This document shows, piece after piece, positions 51,844 through 64,000 of a DNA stretch of 64,000 bases. The position numbers and the translations under genes were made by a program. The stretch spans positions 32,001-96,000 of IMG/VR virus record IMGVR_UViG_3300035498_000621; one strand, 5' to 3'. The notes under the pieces are model-generated. The model had not been told where the DNA came from. It did no database searches and worked only from the letters and a program-made list of their open reading frames with translations. Each line of letters begins with the position of its first letter. The stretch's first letter is position 1. This stretch comes from a virus (taxonomy: Duplodnaviria > Caudoviricetes).

Positions 51844-54800
51844 ATTATACAACTATTATTTTTAATATTAGATAATGCATTAATTGTATTATTTAAAACA
51901 TTAGAATATTCAGGATCGGAATCATCTGTCATTGTTTGTAACTTTTCTTGAACTTTATTTACCGCTTTAGCAATAAGTTTTTCAGAAGCTATAGTAGATT
52001 CCTAATTACCTTTAAATGCTTCATTAATAACCGTTTCTATTGCTTTCTTTTCATCAGATTCTAATAAATTTGAAAGTTCAGTCATAGCTGCATTAATTTG
52101 AGAAATAACATCCTTGACAGTTCTTTGTGTTGAATTTGGTTCTGTAATATCATCCCAAACTAATTTTTTTCGTACTATTTGAACCGATTTTTTACTACCA
52201 TCATTTAAAGTCATTATTATAGCTTTTCCTTTTCGTTCATATGATTGAATAGATTTACCATTTAACTCTGGAGATGATGTAAAATAAATAAATTCTAAGT
52301 TATTTCCATTAATTTTTACATCCATTATTAAAGTATCCAATGGAGATAATTCTTGTCCTTTAAAATACTATGTAAATTTAGTATTTATTTCAGATTTAAC
52401 CAAATTATATAAATCTTCAATTGTATTAACTTTGGCTAAAGCTTTATTTGAAATAGTTATACCACTTTGAGAAAGACTTTGAATTGAAGCAGATTTTGCT
52501 TGTTCTAATATTTTATCAATTTCTGGTTGAGTAGATATTGGAGCCTATTGTTGAGTTTCTGGTTCAACGTATGGATCTAAAGAGATTCCTAGAATTGGAA
52601 ATCCGGGAACTACATTAGTTGAAAATAATTTTCTATTACTAGCAACAGGAGCACTAACATTTTCACTTCCATCTTCTTTACATACTAATATTGGATCTGT
52701 AAAGAATCCATATTTAAATTTAGCATCAGTAGCACGTATATCATCTTTATTAAAATCATTTTCTCTTGAAGTAGATATCATGCCATGGAACATAAGACTG
52801 AATAAATTTTCAATACGTTTGTCTAATATACCAAATGGCTATCCATCTTCTTTGTATAATGGTCTAATACCAGGATCAAATGCACCTTCTACAAAATCTG
52901 CATCTCTATCCATCTATACTTGATCGCCTGTTAATTTTTTTACTACTGATACCCAATCAAGAGTTTCATCTCCAAATTTAAGATAATATTTACTATTAGG
53001 ATTTTCAGCTAAACGATTATCAAATTCTTCAGGATCTACTGCTCTTACACCTATAAACTTATTCATTTCTATAAGTAATATAGGTAACATAGATAATGTA
53101 TCTTCACCAGGAAGATTAATTTCAGTATCTGTATCTTTACCTTCTTCATCATACATTTTAATAGATAAAGATCTATCTCTTGATACTTTTTCAAACCATC
53201 CTTTTGCTAATTCATTATCAATATATTTTAAAGCAATATCTTCTGCTTTTTCGCCTTCTTTTAAATTTAAAGGAATAACTTTATTAATAATATTATCAAA
53301 TAATGCATCAAGTACATCATTAAACTAATATGCCATAGATGGATTAATATAAATACCTAAAGTATTATTTACATCTTTATAAAATCCATCTTCTTTAAGA
53401 TTAGTAAGTTTTCTAATGTAAGCTCCATTTTGTGCATTATAACCAAGTCGAAATTCTCTTACTCGAGTAGCTAAACCATCATTAAAATCCCAAATTGGTT
53501 TAAGTTTCTTTTTATTTTCTTCTGAAACTTGTTTTCTATAATCTTCTTCATTAAGATATTTCTAATCTCCTTTAATTCTATTATATTCAGCATTATCTAA
53601 CTTACATAATTCTTCTACTTCTTTATCGGTAAGATTATTAGCTGTTAAAAATTCTTTATAATTAGCTATAAATCTCTTTAAATTAGATCTAAAATTCCAT
53701 GCAGATATATACATACGTATTGCCATTGGTTCAGAATCAAATGGAAGTTTATATGATACTCCTTTATTTGCAATAGTGTATATATCAGTATATTTGCCTC
53801 TATATAAAGAGCTAAACGATACACCTTCATTATTAAGAATAACCATTCTAACCTATGGAACTAAATCAGGATTTTGTCTCTATGCCATATATCTAGATTC
53901 AAGTTCACTTGGATTTAATAGCGCATTACTAGAAACATACATTACTGCTTTACCTTTTAAAGAAATTTCTTTACCATTAGAATCAGTCCAAGTCATATTT
54001 AATCCTGGAACATCATCAACTATAGCATAAATTTTAGATTTAACAGCGTACTCAGTTTCATTGTCATAAGGACTAAAACCAGTATTAATATCCTCTAATC
54101 TTAATTTTGAATCTCTTTTTATTAATGTAGTAAGTCCATTATTTTTTGGTGCATTAATTCTTTGAGTATATGTACCAGAATTAGATTGAGATATTAATTC
54201 ATCAATTTTATTTCGATAAGCAAGAATATTAGCATCCATTCCATCTAAATATTCTTGCAATTCAGTAGCATTTTCTGCTCCACTATCTATTCTTTTCTAA
54301 ATAGCATATTGAACAGCTGCTTTATTAGATATATTTGGATTATCACGATTTGGTCTTTCCCACACATCTGGATCTGATAATCCACCAATAGTTACTGTAT
54401 AAGTTTCTATTATTTGTCCATTATCATCTTTAACTGGAATTTTTGCTTTTAAAGTAATAACTTTTCCTTTAATTGCACGTTTATTTTGATCCAAATCTGT
54501 TAATCCAACTAATCTATTAGTTGAAGATTCATCTTCTACAGATACATAATATTCTACATCATTAAATGCTTCTTCTGGAATCAATAATTTAGTTTCAGCA
54601 GGAAGTCTATCATATAATTCAGTTCCATAAACTAATATAGATTTTAATTCCATTAATTTTTTAACCAATTCGTATTTTTCTCTACCTTTTTTAATTGTTT
54701 GTCCAGGTTGTAAAAATATTCCAAGGTCAGTTTTTGAATCATCTGAATTAACCCATTCATCTTGAGATGTATCAATTCCAGAATAACTAATATTACTATA

Positions 54801-57800
54801 AACTCGTACATGTTGAGTCATTTGTTCATAGTTTTTTCTTTCATCAAGATCAGACTATGCAATTTCACCTTCATTTCCAGAACTATTATCTTGCGAAAAT
54901 TCTTTTTCATCAGTTAATTGATCAACAGTTGTATTAGTGCCTTTAATTTTAGGCGAAGGAGGTTCTTCAGGTTTTTCTTCAGGTTTTACTTCTGGATTAG
55001 TAGTAGCTTCTTCCTCTTCTGCTTTTACATTAGATAAAGCCTGGTCTATTTGCTAAAGTCTTGTCTATCTAAATTTTTCAATAGCTGGTTTAATATCATT
55101 AGCTTTTCCAGTAAATTCATCCTGTATATTTGAAATAAATTTTGAAAGTCCTCTATCTATTAAAATAGTTCCTTGTCTACTTCTACTTATCATAGTATAA
55201 AGATCTTTCATAAAATAAACTAAATTTCTACCTTTTTTAGCAAAATCAGAGTCATCAAGATTTAATTTCCAATCTTTATCTATAACTACATAATCAAATT
55301 CCCTACCTTGTACTTGTAAAGGATCAATAACAACTACATTTTTTCCAGCATCTTTTAATTGTTTATAATATTCTGAAGATTCAGTTCCAATAAAACCTAT
55401 AGGATTTTCATCATCAGAATTGAGCTTTGCGATTAATTCTGGACTAATTGAGTCAGTAATTAATTCACCAGAAAATTCATCGCCATCATAATATTTAAAA
55501 ACAAACTGTTTAAAATCCTCATCAAAAATTTTCTTACTAGCTTCTATAAGTTCATCTTCTGTAGTAGCAAATTGCAACTAATCTATAATATTAATTGTAG
55601 ACTATAGATTATGTATTTTCTAAACATTATTATCTCTAAGAGAAATAAATAAATTAGGAGCTCTCCAAGCTAGTACAGATTCTCTATCAAAATTATACAT
55701 TAATCCATTAGCTCTAAATCCATTTTGATGATCATCTCCTAATAAAATTACATTAATTTCATTTTCTCGCGCAAATTTACTTATTATTTGTAATTCTACA
55801 GTATTAAAATGTGTTGCTTCGTCAATTATTATTAATTTAGGGGCGTTTTCTATTTTATTTACTTTAACAGAATCTTTTAATACACAAGTTGTATTTTCAA
55901 TACCTGATTCTTTAACATAATATTTTCCATTAGTTTTATCAATCCATTTATTTTTATCTACATCGTATTTTACACTAGTTAAAAATTCATCAGATTGTGC
56001 TTTTCCAAGCATTATTTCGAACATCTCTTCTTTAGACATTCCTTTTCCTTTTGGAAGTGTTTTTAATAAACCTTCTACTTGTGAAGAAGTAGGACCAGAC
56101 AACCAAGTATTTTCTCCATTATTAGTAGATAATTTTGTAACTGCATAAGTTTTTCCGGCACCGCCTACACCAGTTATAACTGTTGTATTATATAATACAG
56201 GAGCTTTTAATTTAAGTAAATCATTTCTTAAATAATCTAATGCTTGATTAATTAATTCTGGATTTTGTTGCTATGCTTGTGATAATTTTGCTACATATTC
56301 CTAAAGAGATAATGGTGCTAAATTTTTATTATTATTAATAAATTCTTTTAATTTAGTATAAAAACTAGCATCACTTAATGCAAAATTACTTATAAGTAAT
56401 GCAAATTTATCATAATCAGTTAGTTTAGAATAAGTAATAGTTTCATCAAGTTTTGATGTTATTTGATATTTTAAAGAACTAATATTTACTATTTTTGGAA
56501 GTATTGCATCTAAAATTTCTTTTAATGTAGTTCCATTTTTTGTAAATTTTTTATAATTTCTATGTAATAATTCTTCTATTTGAACAATACTAGATAATGA
56601 ATTATCTAAAGCTAGATCTTCATAACCATCAAGTAAATCAAGAGTTGGGCTTATTTTAAAAGCTTCTCTATTAACTTTATAAAATTCTAATCTTGCTTTA
56701 TTAAATGCTATATCACCATCAATAAATTTCTAAACTTTATCAGCTGTATTTTTCTAATGACGTTGAATCCAACGAGTTATTTCTTTTTGATAATTATTAG
56801 CTTCATTAATTAAAAAATTTCCAAGTTCTTCTGTTATTTCTGGAAGAGCTTTAACTTTACCAAATACATCAGAATGATTAGCTACAAATTCATTTATAGA
56901 TTTATTATGTCCAACTGGATTATCATAACTAGATTTAGAAGAAGCAGCATGTATAAAAGCTTTTGCCATTTCTAAATCTTCTTTAAAATATAATAATGCT
57001 TGAAATTGAGGTTCAGTTAATTGAAATTCTTGGGCACTTGCTCCTTTTGCGTACTATTGATATATTTCTTCAAGAACATCTTCTATATTAATATCACTAT
57101 TTCTAATTTTTTTTGATATTTGTTTAATTATAGGAAGAATTGGATTATTTATAAAAGAAACAGCTTCTAAATTATCAAGAGCTTTTAATGATTTATCAGA
57201 ATTTAAATCTTTAAAAATTTTATCCTTTAAAAGTTTTTTAATTTTATCAAAAGATTCTTTTGAAGCTGTATCTGTAAGAGTATTAATATAACCTTCAGTT
57301 ATTTCTACTACTTCGTCTCCTTCCTCACTATCAAAACTTGTAAGACCACTTTGAACACGATTATAAAAATCAATTATTTCATTATTAACTAAACCTTGAC
57401 TTTCTTTTGTATCAAAACTAAATTCATAACTTTCTAAAACATCAATAGCATCATTAACTGTTACTCCAGTATTTCCTTTACTTTCTTGATTTTTTATCCA
57501 ACTATCTATCCAAATATACATATCTCGTTTAGTTAACGGAGCTTCTGGATAATCACCAGTAATAAATTCTAAATCACCTTTAATTGTATCCCATTGGTCT
57601 AAATTAAGACGACCTTTATACTCCTAAATAAACTAAGCTTTTATTGATTCAGATATAGCATTTTGAATTTGTTTATAAAGTTCTTTTCTATTTTTTGGAT
57701 CAGGTCCAATAATTTTAATTATATTCTATAATTTCTATTGAAGTTCTGGATTATTTGGAATTTGTAATTGTTCAATAATATTATCGTAAACATTTTTTCT

Positions 57801-60800
57801 AAGAAGTCCAAGTGTAGCTTGAATAGTTCTAAATGTATTTTTATCAATTGGAATTTGACTTAATTCATTAATCCATTCATTTAAATGATCATTATTATAT
57901 TTTTCTATATCTTCCTATCTTTTTTGTTTTCTTTTCTTAAATTGTTCTTCATCTTCTCCTTCTTTTTTAATATGACGATATTGATAACTTTCATCAGATT
58001 CTCCTTCTAATTTAGAATCGTATGTTAAATATCTATTAAAAGGATCTAATTCAGCAATTTTTTTAAATTGTTCTATATCTTTAGATAAATCTTTATCTGC
58101 AAGTTTTTCTATTTCTGGATTAAGTTTAGACTGCATTTCTTTAAATAAATTAAATGCCTAATCCAAATCCATTCTTTTAATTTTAGAATATTCTTCGTAT
58201 TTTTTATTATAATAATCTTTTTCTGATTCAGTTAATTGAGAATATGTTTTACCAGTTGCATTTCTAATAAACTAATTTTTTGTAAGAGTCACAAATTGTC
58301 CACAAAGATTAGTATCTATAGCAAATAACATTTTCTCTACATAACCAAGAGAGCCTTCTCCAAACAAATAATCCTTTTGTTCAATTAAGTCTTGTTTTTC
58401 TTTTCTTAATTTGTCTAATTTTTCCTAAAATTCTGGATTATTACGTTTAGCAGGATCAGAAGTAGTATTTAATAGTTCGCTTATTTCTGATTCTTTATTA
58501 ACTATTTTCTAAGTAAGTTCCTAAAAATCTTGCTAATATTTAGTAATATAAGAAACTTCTTTTACATTTTCTTTATCGCCTTTTAAAAAATCAGTAAGTG
58601 CTGTAGCTCTATATTCACCCTAAACCATTTTATCAAATAATTCATCTTCTGAAAGATTTAATTGATTCTCATTAAGAATCATATCTAATTGATTAATGGT
58701 TTTCTTTAATGTATCATATACATAAGAACTCTAAGATTTATGATTTGCATCTGCTGATAAATAAACAGTTTTTCCATTTTCATCAGTTGTAGTATCATAA
58801 GATAAGTCCTTACTTCCTAATTTTCCTTTTTTCTCAAGTTTATCAAGTTCAGCAAAAATTTCATCTTTTTTACCCTATCTAAGTAAATAAGTAATTTCAT
58901 TTTGTATATCACTTGTTTTATTATTTCTATTACGAACAAGTTCTGCTCCATAGAATAAACCGCCACCGGCAGCACCTCCTAAGAATGACATTGCATATCT
59001 ATCGAAAAAATTTTCCCCAGCACCATAATCTGTTTGAGAAAAATATCCAAGTTTTCCAGCAAGTTCACCCATATATTTAGAAGCATCAGCTACTAATTCT
59101 TCTGAAACTTCTTCTAAACCTTCACCTAAAGATTTACCAACAAAACCAAGACTTCTATCTTTTATAGCTCCTCGATAATCAGAAACAGCTTTCTTTCCAG
59201 TCTATATGCCTTTTTGAATAAGTCCAATTATACCTTTTCTAGTTTGAGTTTCAGCTTGACGTATTCCTGCTGACTCCATAAGTAAATCAGCATTATGTCT
59301 AGCTGATTCTCTAATGGCACGTCTAGATGGTTCATCATTAAAAAACATTTCACCTAAACCAAGATATTTATCAACTCCAAACATACCTATAGTACTTCCT
59401 AATGCAATAGCAGCAGCTTCTAATGGAGTTCCTCCTTTTTCTAATACTGATTGATATACATCTGTATTAGATATAATTGCCATATATACTAAAGAAAGAT
59501 CTTGACCCATTTTCATTCTAGATTCAGCAATTTTCTATGCAGCAGGAAGATATTTATTTAATGCAGCTTTACCAAAAGCTGTTTCCATCCATTTTCCTTC
59601 ACTAAACATTGCTTTTAATTCTAATGGATTATCTGTTCCAATAAACTGTGTTAATTTATCAGCAGAAAGTTTACCACTATAAAAATCGTCAAGACTTGAT
59701 TTTGCTCTTTTAATATATTCATTTTGTGCTTTAGCATATGCAGTATTAACAGCACGCTCTCCGCCATTTGCTAATTTAGAAAAAGTATTTGCAATAACTT
59801 TTTGTTGTCCCCATTGTAAAGCAACATCAGACATTAAATTACCAAAATTTTCAAAACTAAAAGTATTTCCTTGTGCATAATCAGAAGTACTTCCAGTAAA
59901 TTTTTCTCCATATGCAGCAAGAGTATTTGCTAATTTAGAATTTACATCATCAGCTCCAGAAAATCCCATAGCCATACCATAAAGCATAGGTAATGATTTA
60001 CTCATTTCTCTAGCTACTAATAATCCAGAATATGCTGTACTAACATAAGGAATAAAAATTGGAAGAACAGCAGCAATATTTTTAGCTATAGTTCCACCTA
60101 CTGATTTTTCTAAATCATCAGAATCAAAAAAATCATATTTATTTGAAGAACTATTTTCAGAAGTTAAATAGTCTAAAGAAGATACAACTTGTTTGCCCAT
60201 TAATGAGCGACCATTTAATTTTTCTGTATAATATTCTCCAAATTCATTAACTTTCCATTCTCCTTTTTGATGTAAAGTTTTTCCAGTTTTTTCATCGACT
60301 TCATCTTCATCATATGTTGCATATACAATAGGATCATCAAATAAAGATTTAAAATATTCAATAGGACTTTCAAATAATGATATATCATTTACTGATTTAT
60401 CCAAATAAGTATCAGTTTCAGGATCATAAATTTTACTATCCTAAGCAAGTTCTCTACGAGATTTATTAGATTCAGACATTTCATTAAATCCAGATATACC
60501 TATAGATATATGTTCTGGATTATCTTGTGTTTGAATAGCAAAATTTGGATTTTTTATTTTTCCATTTTTGGGACGCATAACATCCCACATATCATATTCA
60601 TAATTATCTACAATATTTTCTGTACTAAACTTTGCAAATTCAGAAGCAGCGTTATTATAAAATTTATTAAATAAATCTTCTGAAAATTCACCTTTATCAT
60701 TTTTAAATCTATCATTTTCTCTAATATATCTACTTTTTAGATATTGATCTTTAGACAACAACTAAGTGTTGTCTAAAGACATATCTGAAATATATTGAAA

Positions 60801-60860
60801 ATCCCCAGCATCGAATGTAGGATTATTTAAAGTGGCTACAATCCAATCATTTTCTTTCAT
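51840..60860 (-). CDS. Giant virion/ejection protein (~3006 aa, TAG read as sense) with hydrophobic helices and an SF1 helicase domain
   Basis: 15 fragments (52002 to 60441) share one frame; ATG at 60860 (MKENDW), TGA at 51840; TGVGGAGKT, IIDEATH, LLGDDHQ, VQGREFDYVVID and YTMISRSR. Confidence 0.85.
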
Positions 60861-62761
60861 TGTTCTAATTCTTTACTTTTACTAGATCCAAAATTATCTT
60901 GTTTTTTCCACGTCTAAGTAGCTTCTTCTAAATCATATGACGTAGACATCTTTATATCATTTTCATCAGCATTCATTCCATTTATAGGATTATTAGATAT
61001 TGGAATATATATATTTCCTTTATAAATATTGTCTCTTCCCCATCCATACCATGGATTTTTAATTTCATAGTTACCTCTATCCTTATTACTTAAACCAATT
61101 TGTAATAATGAATAAAGTTCAGGATCATCTCCAGCATTTATAAAGAAATTAGATGTAGTATCTTCAATATTAGAAGTTTTATTTTCAGAATTAACAATTC
61201 TTGCTTTATCACTTGTTAATCCTTCTAATATTACGAATCTACCAAAACGATCTTTTCTAGGAAGTCCTTGTGAATCAATCAAATGATCTAAATTAGCATC
61301 AGTTATAAGTTTTTTATACTTATTATTATATTCTTGAGTTCCTTGCTTAAGTCCACTATCTCGCATTTTTTTATCTATAGCTAAATACTCATCAAGAATA
61401 CTAAAATCTACATGACCTTCTTTCATAGGTAATGTAACTACAAACATTCCTGACCCAGCATTAACCATAACATCATTATAACTATTTGTAGAAATTTTAG
61501 CATCACCAAAAGTAATATTGCCTTTACTCTAAATTAAATAGCCAACACCAGATTGAGTTATAAAATCTCCAAGTGAACAATTATTTGAAATTCCAGGAAT
61601 AGCTCCATAATATTTACCAGTAGACGTCATAAATCCTCTTCCTTGTAAAAGATTATAACTACTAGTTTCACCTCCTTGTCCAGCTTGAACTTGACTCCAA
61701 TATCCCATTTTTGGATCTTCATCTTTACTATTTCCAGATGAAGATTTGCCCATTGCGTGATTTATAGATCCTTTATAAGATATTTCAGAAGTTAAAGATG
61801 TTTTATTACCACCAATTAAATACTAATATATTAAATATTCAATAGCTTTTTCTTTTTTATCAGTTTTTAATTTATAAGCAGCCCAAACTTTAACTCTATC
61901 TGGAAGTGTAGATTCTAAATAACTAGTTAAAGCTTTAATTTGACCAAGTTGAGATTCATTAATTATTTTATATTCATATAAACCATCAAGATTTATTAAA
62001 CCTTGTGAATTAATTATTTTTTGAAATTGTGGATTTTCTTTAAGTTTTTCTATTTCTTGCAATCCTTTAGCTGCTTTACTAGTAAATTGTCCACTTATAG
62101 TGCTACTAGTGTCACCAAGACTTAATTTAGCAGAGTCAATTAATTTCTAAAATGATTCAAATCCAACGCTATTATACATAGTATTAAAAACATCATTTTG
62201 ATCTTTAAATTCAGGAATATATTTTCGAAGATAAGCTACATTAGATACAGTTAATATATATTTATCATATGCTTCAGGATTTTCAGCATACTATTCAAGT
62301 GATAATTCTGCTAAATCTCCATCTCCTTTCTATATTAATAAATTTCCTTTTGGAGTAATAGCTGGTTCATGTAATGCGCCATTATTTATTGCAGTTTCTA
62401 ATGCTTTATCATATTCTTTTTTATTATCAACTACGTCTTTTACTTTACGTAATATGCGAGAATATTTTAATGATAAATCTCGTGGAGAAGATCCAGTAAG
62501 ATTTTCCATTACTAAGAAATTATCTATCTAATCAAACAAATAATCTTTTTCATTTTTAAGACCATCCATTTCTTTAACCATTGTAAATAGGTCTTTTATA
62601 GTTATCTTTCCTTTTGTATCTTCATCAGAGTCACTAGATGATTTAGAACTAGATGATTTACTTTTAGTACTAGCTGTACTTTTAGGTACATCTGGAACTC
62701 CAATTGTATCATATATAGTATAAAAAGATGATCCTTTTTGAAGTTTTGGTATTAATTTCAT
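60857..62761 (-). CDS. Virion cargo protein (~634 aa, TAG read as sense)
   Basis: Fragments 60914, 61529, 61823 and 62528 in frame; ATG at 62761 (MKLIPKLQKG), TGA at 60857. Confidence 0.82.
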
Positions 62762-64000
62762 TTTGTTTTTCTAGGAATCAATTTAGATCCTTTTTTGGAA
62801 TAACTAATTTCATATTTTCCATTATATGGATCTGTATAATTATAATTAAATATTCTACTTCTTAGACTATTTAATCTAGCATTATTCATTTGAGTAGCTT
62901 GATCAATCCATCTCTAAGCTTTTTGTCCTTTTGCAGTATTTAAAAATTCTGTAACTGTTTTTCCTTTATTAATTTCTTTTCCAGAATCATCAGTCTAATC
63001 TAACCAAGAATAATAAGATTTATTAAATTTATCTTGAGCCTATTGAACTAATAATGTTGCATTTTGAGTTTCAACATCCTTTTCAAAATCATATTGATCT
63101 TGAAGATTTTCTTTATTAAGATTTTTTCTATACCAATATAAACTTAATAATGCTTTACCATAATTAGCTAAACTTTGTTGATCAGCTTGTCTTTTTTGAG
63201 CTGTATTTTGAGCTTTAGCAAGATTAGAATCAACTCTTTGACTATGATTAAAGAACATATCTTCATCTTTAATTGTCTAAAAATCTTTAACATTTTGCCA
63301 AGATTTTTCTTGTGATTCTCGAACACTTTCATCATAAGCTGTATTAGCCTAAGTTCTTTGTTTATTTGCATTAACATTAGCTTGTAATCTTGTTGCTGCA
63401 CCTAATGAAGCATCACTATAAGTATCAGCAACTCTATCGCCTACATTTTCAGTTTCAGCTGCATTTTCTAATTCATTTTGCCATTTACTATATCTACCAA
63501 CAATTTGTCTAGGAGTAAATGTATGTACTTTCTATTTTGGTTGTATAGCATTATCTATAGTTTCCCAATTTTTTTGATTAGTATGTAATGAATTAAAAAG
63601 CATTGCTGTATTTATTGCTTCAGGAATATAATCTGCAGCATATTGTCCTATTTTATCCCAATTAATTCCTTTTCCTTTATTATCAGGATCACTTCCTCCT
63701 ACAAAATCATCATCAGTATATTGATCATCCTAACCAAAATAACCACTACCATCTCCAATGGTTTTTAATTCTAATTTTTCAGTAGGAATTTGAACTTTAG
63801 GAGTTAAATCAATCATTTTACCTTGTTCTCTTACCCATTGCTTACCATTCCAATAAACTCTATCATCTCCAATATTTAAAACATTATTTCTATTATTATA
63901 AGTTTTTTTTAATCTTTCTAGAAATGCATGTCTATTGTAAGTAGAAGGGCCCATGTAATCATATCTAGTTGTATCATTTCCAAAATATTCATTAAATCCA
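62758..64000 (-). CDS. Virion cargo protein, 3' part (TAG read as sense; runs off the window)
   Basis: Fragments 63040 and 63730 in frame; Ala/Gln/Asn-rich helical sequence; TGA at 62758 overlaps the next ATG. Confidence 0.8.

Noticed and set aside
37893-54030. Plus-strand ORFs at 37893, 40665, 41760, 42035, 50806 and 53776
   Set aside because: Antisense shadows of long minus-strand genes, with F/I/L/S-rich composition and no motifs
63168-63401. 77-aa minus-strand ORF
   Set aside because: Alternative frame of the real TAG-readthrough gene 62758-64000
32465-63954. Reading the fragmented minus-strand ORFs as pseudogenes, many small genes or sequencing errors
   Set aside because: Fragments stay in one frame over kilobases, break only at TAG, and merge into genes with intact motifs and coupled junctions
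1-64000. Suppressor tRNA, release factor, CRISPR array, DGR or integrase
   Set aside because: No cloverleaf, repeat-spacer array, reverse transcriptase or recombinase motif seen by eye; a tRNA scan of the full genome is still needed

Overview
A very AT-rich 64 kb segment of a crAss-like (Crassvirales) Bacteroidetes phage, split into two convergent arms that meet at a bidirectional terminator near 32.0 kb. The + strand arm (1-31971) reads in the standard code. It encodes replication and nucleotide-metabolism genes (SSB-like protein, primase, resolvase, exonuclease, NrdD/NrdG, dUTPase, DNA ligase, RNA ligase, family B DNA polymerase, ThyX), a sigma-70 factor and many small accessory proteins, with Bacteroidetes-type TTTG-N19/20-TAnnTTTG promoters. 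The - strand arm (32028-64000) looks shattered in the ORF track only because TAG is reassigned to a sense codon, most likely Gln (translation table 15). Reading through TAG merges about 37 fragments into six tightly coupled virion/ejection genes of about 1520, 814, 3314, 3006, 634 and >410 aa. The ~3314-aa gene is the virion RNA polymerase (DYDID catalytic motif) and is interrupted by two group I introns. Each intron carries a TAG-free homing endonuclease with its own host-type promoter, inserted in the P1 loop so that its last codons double as the internal guide sequence. The ~3006-aa gene joins membrane-type helices to an SF1 helicase. No suppressor tRNA or release factor is visible in this window. 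Long-gene sizes come from frame continuity plus spot checks, not a check of every codon.
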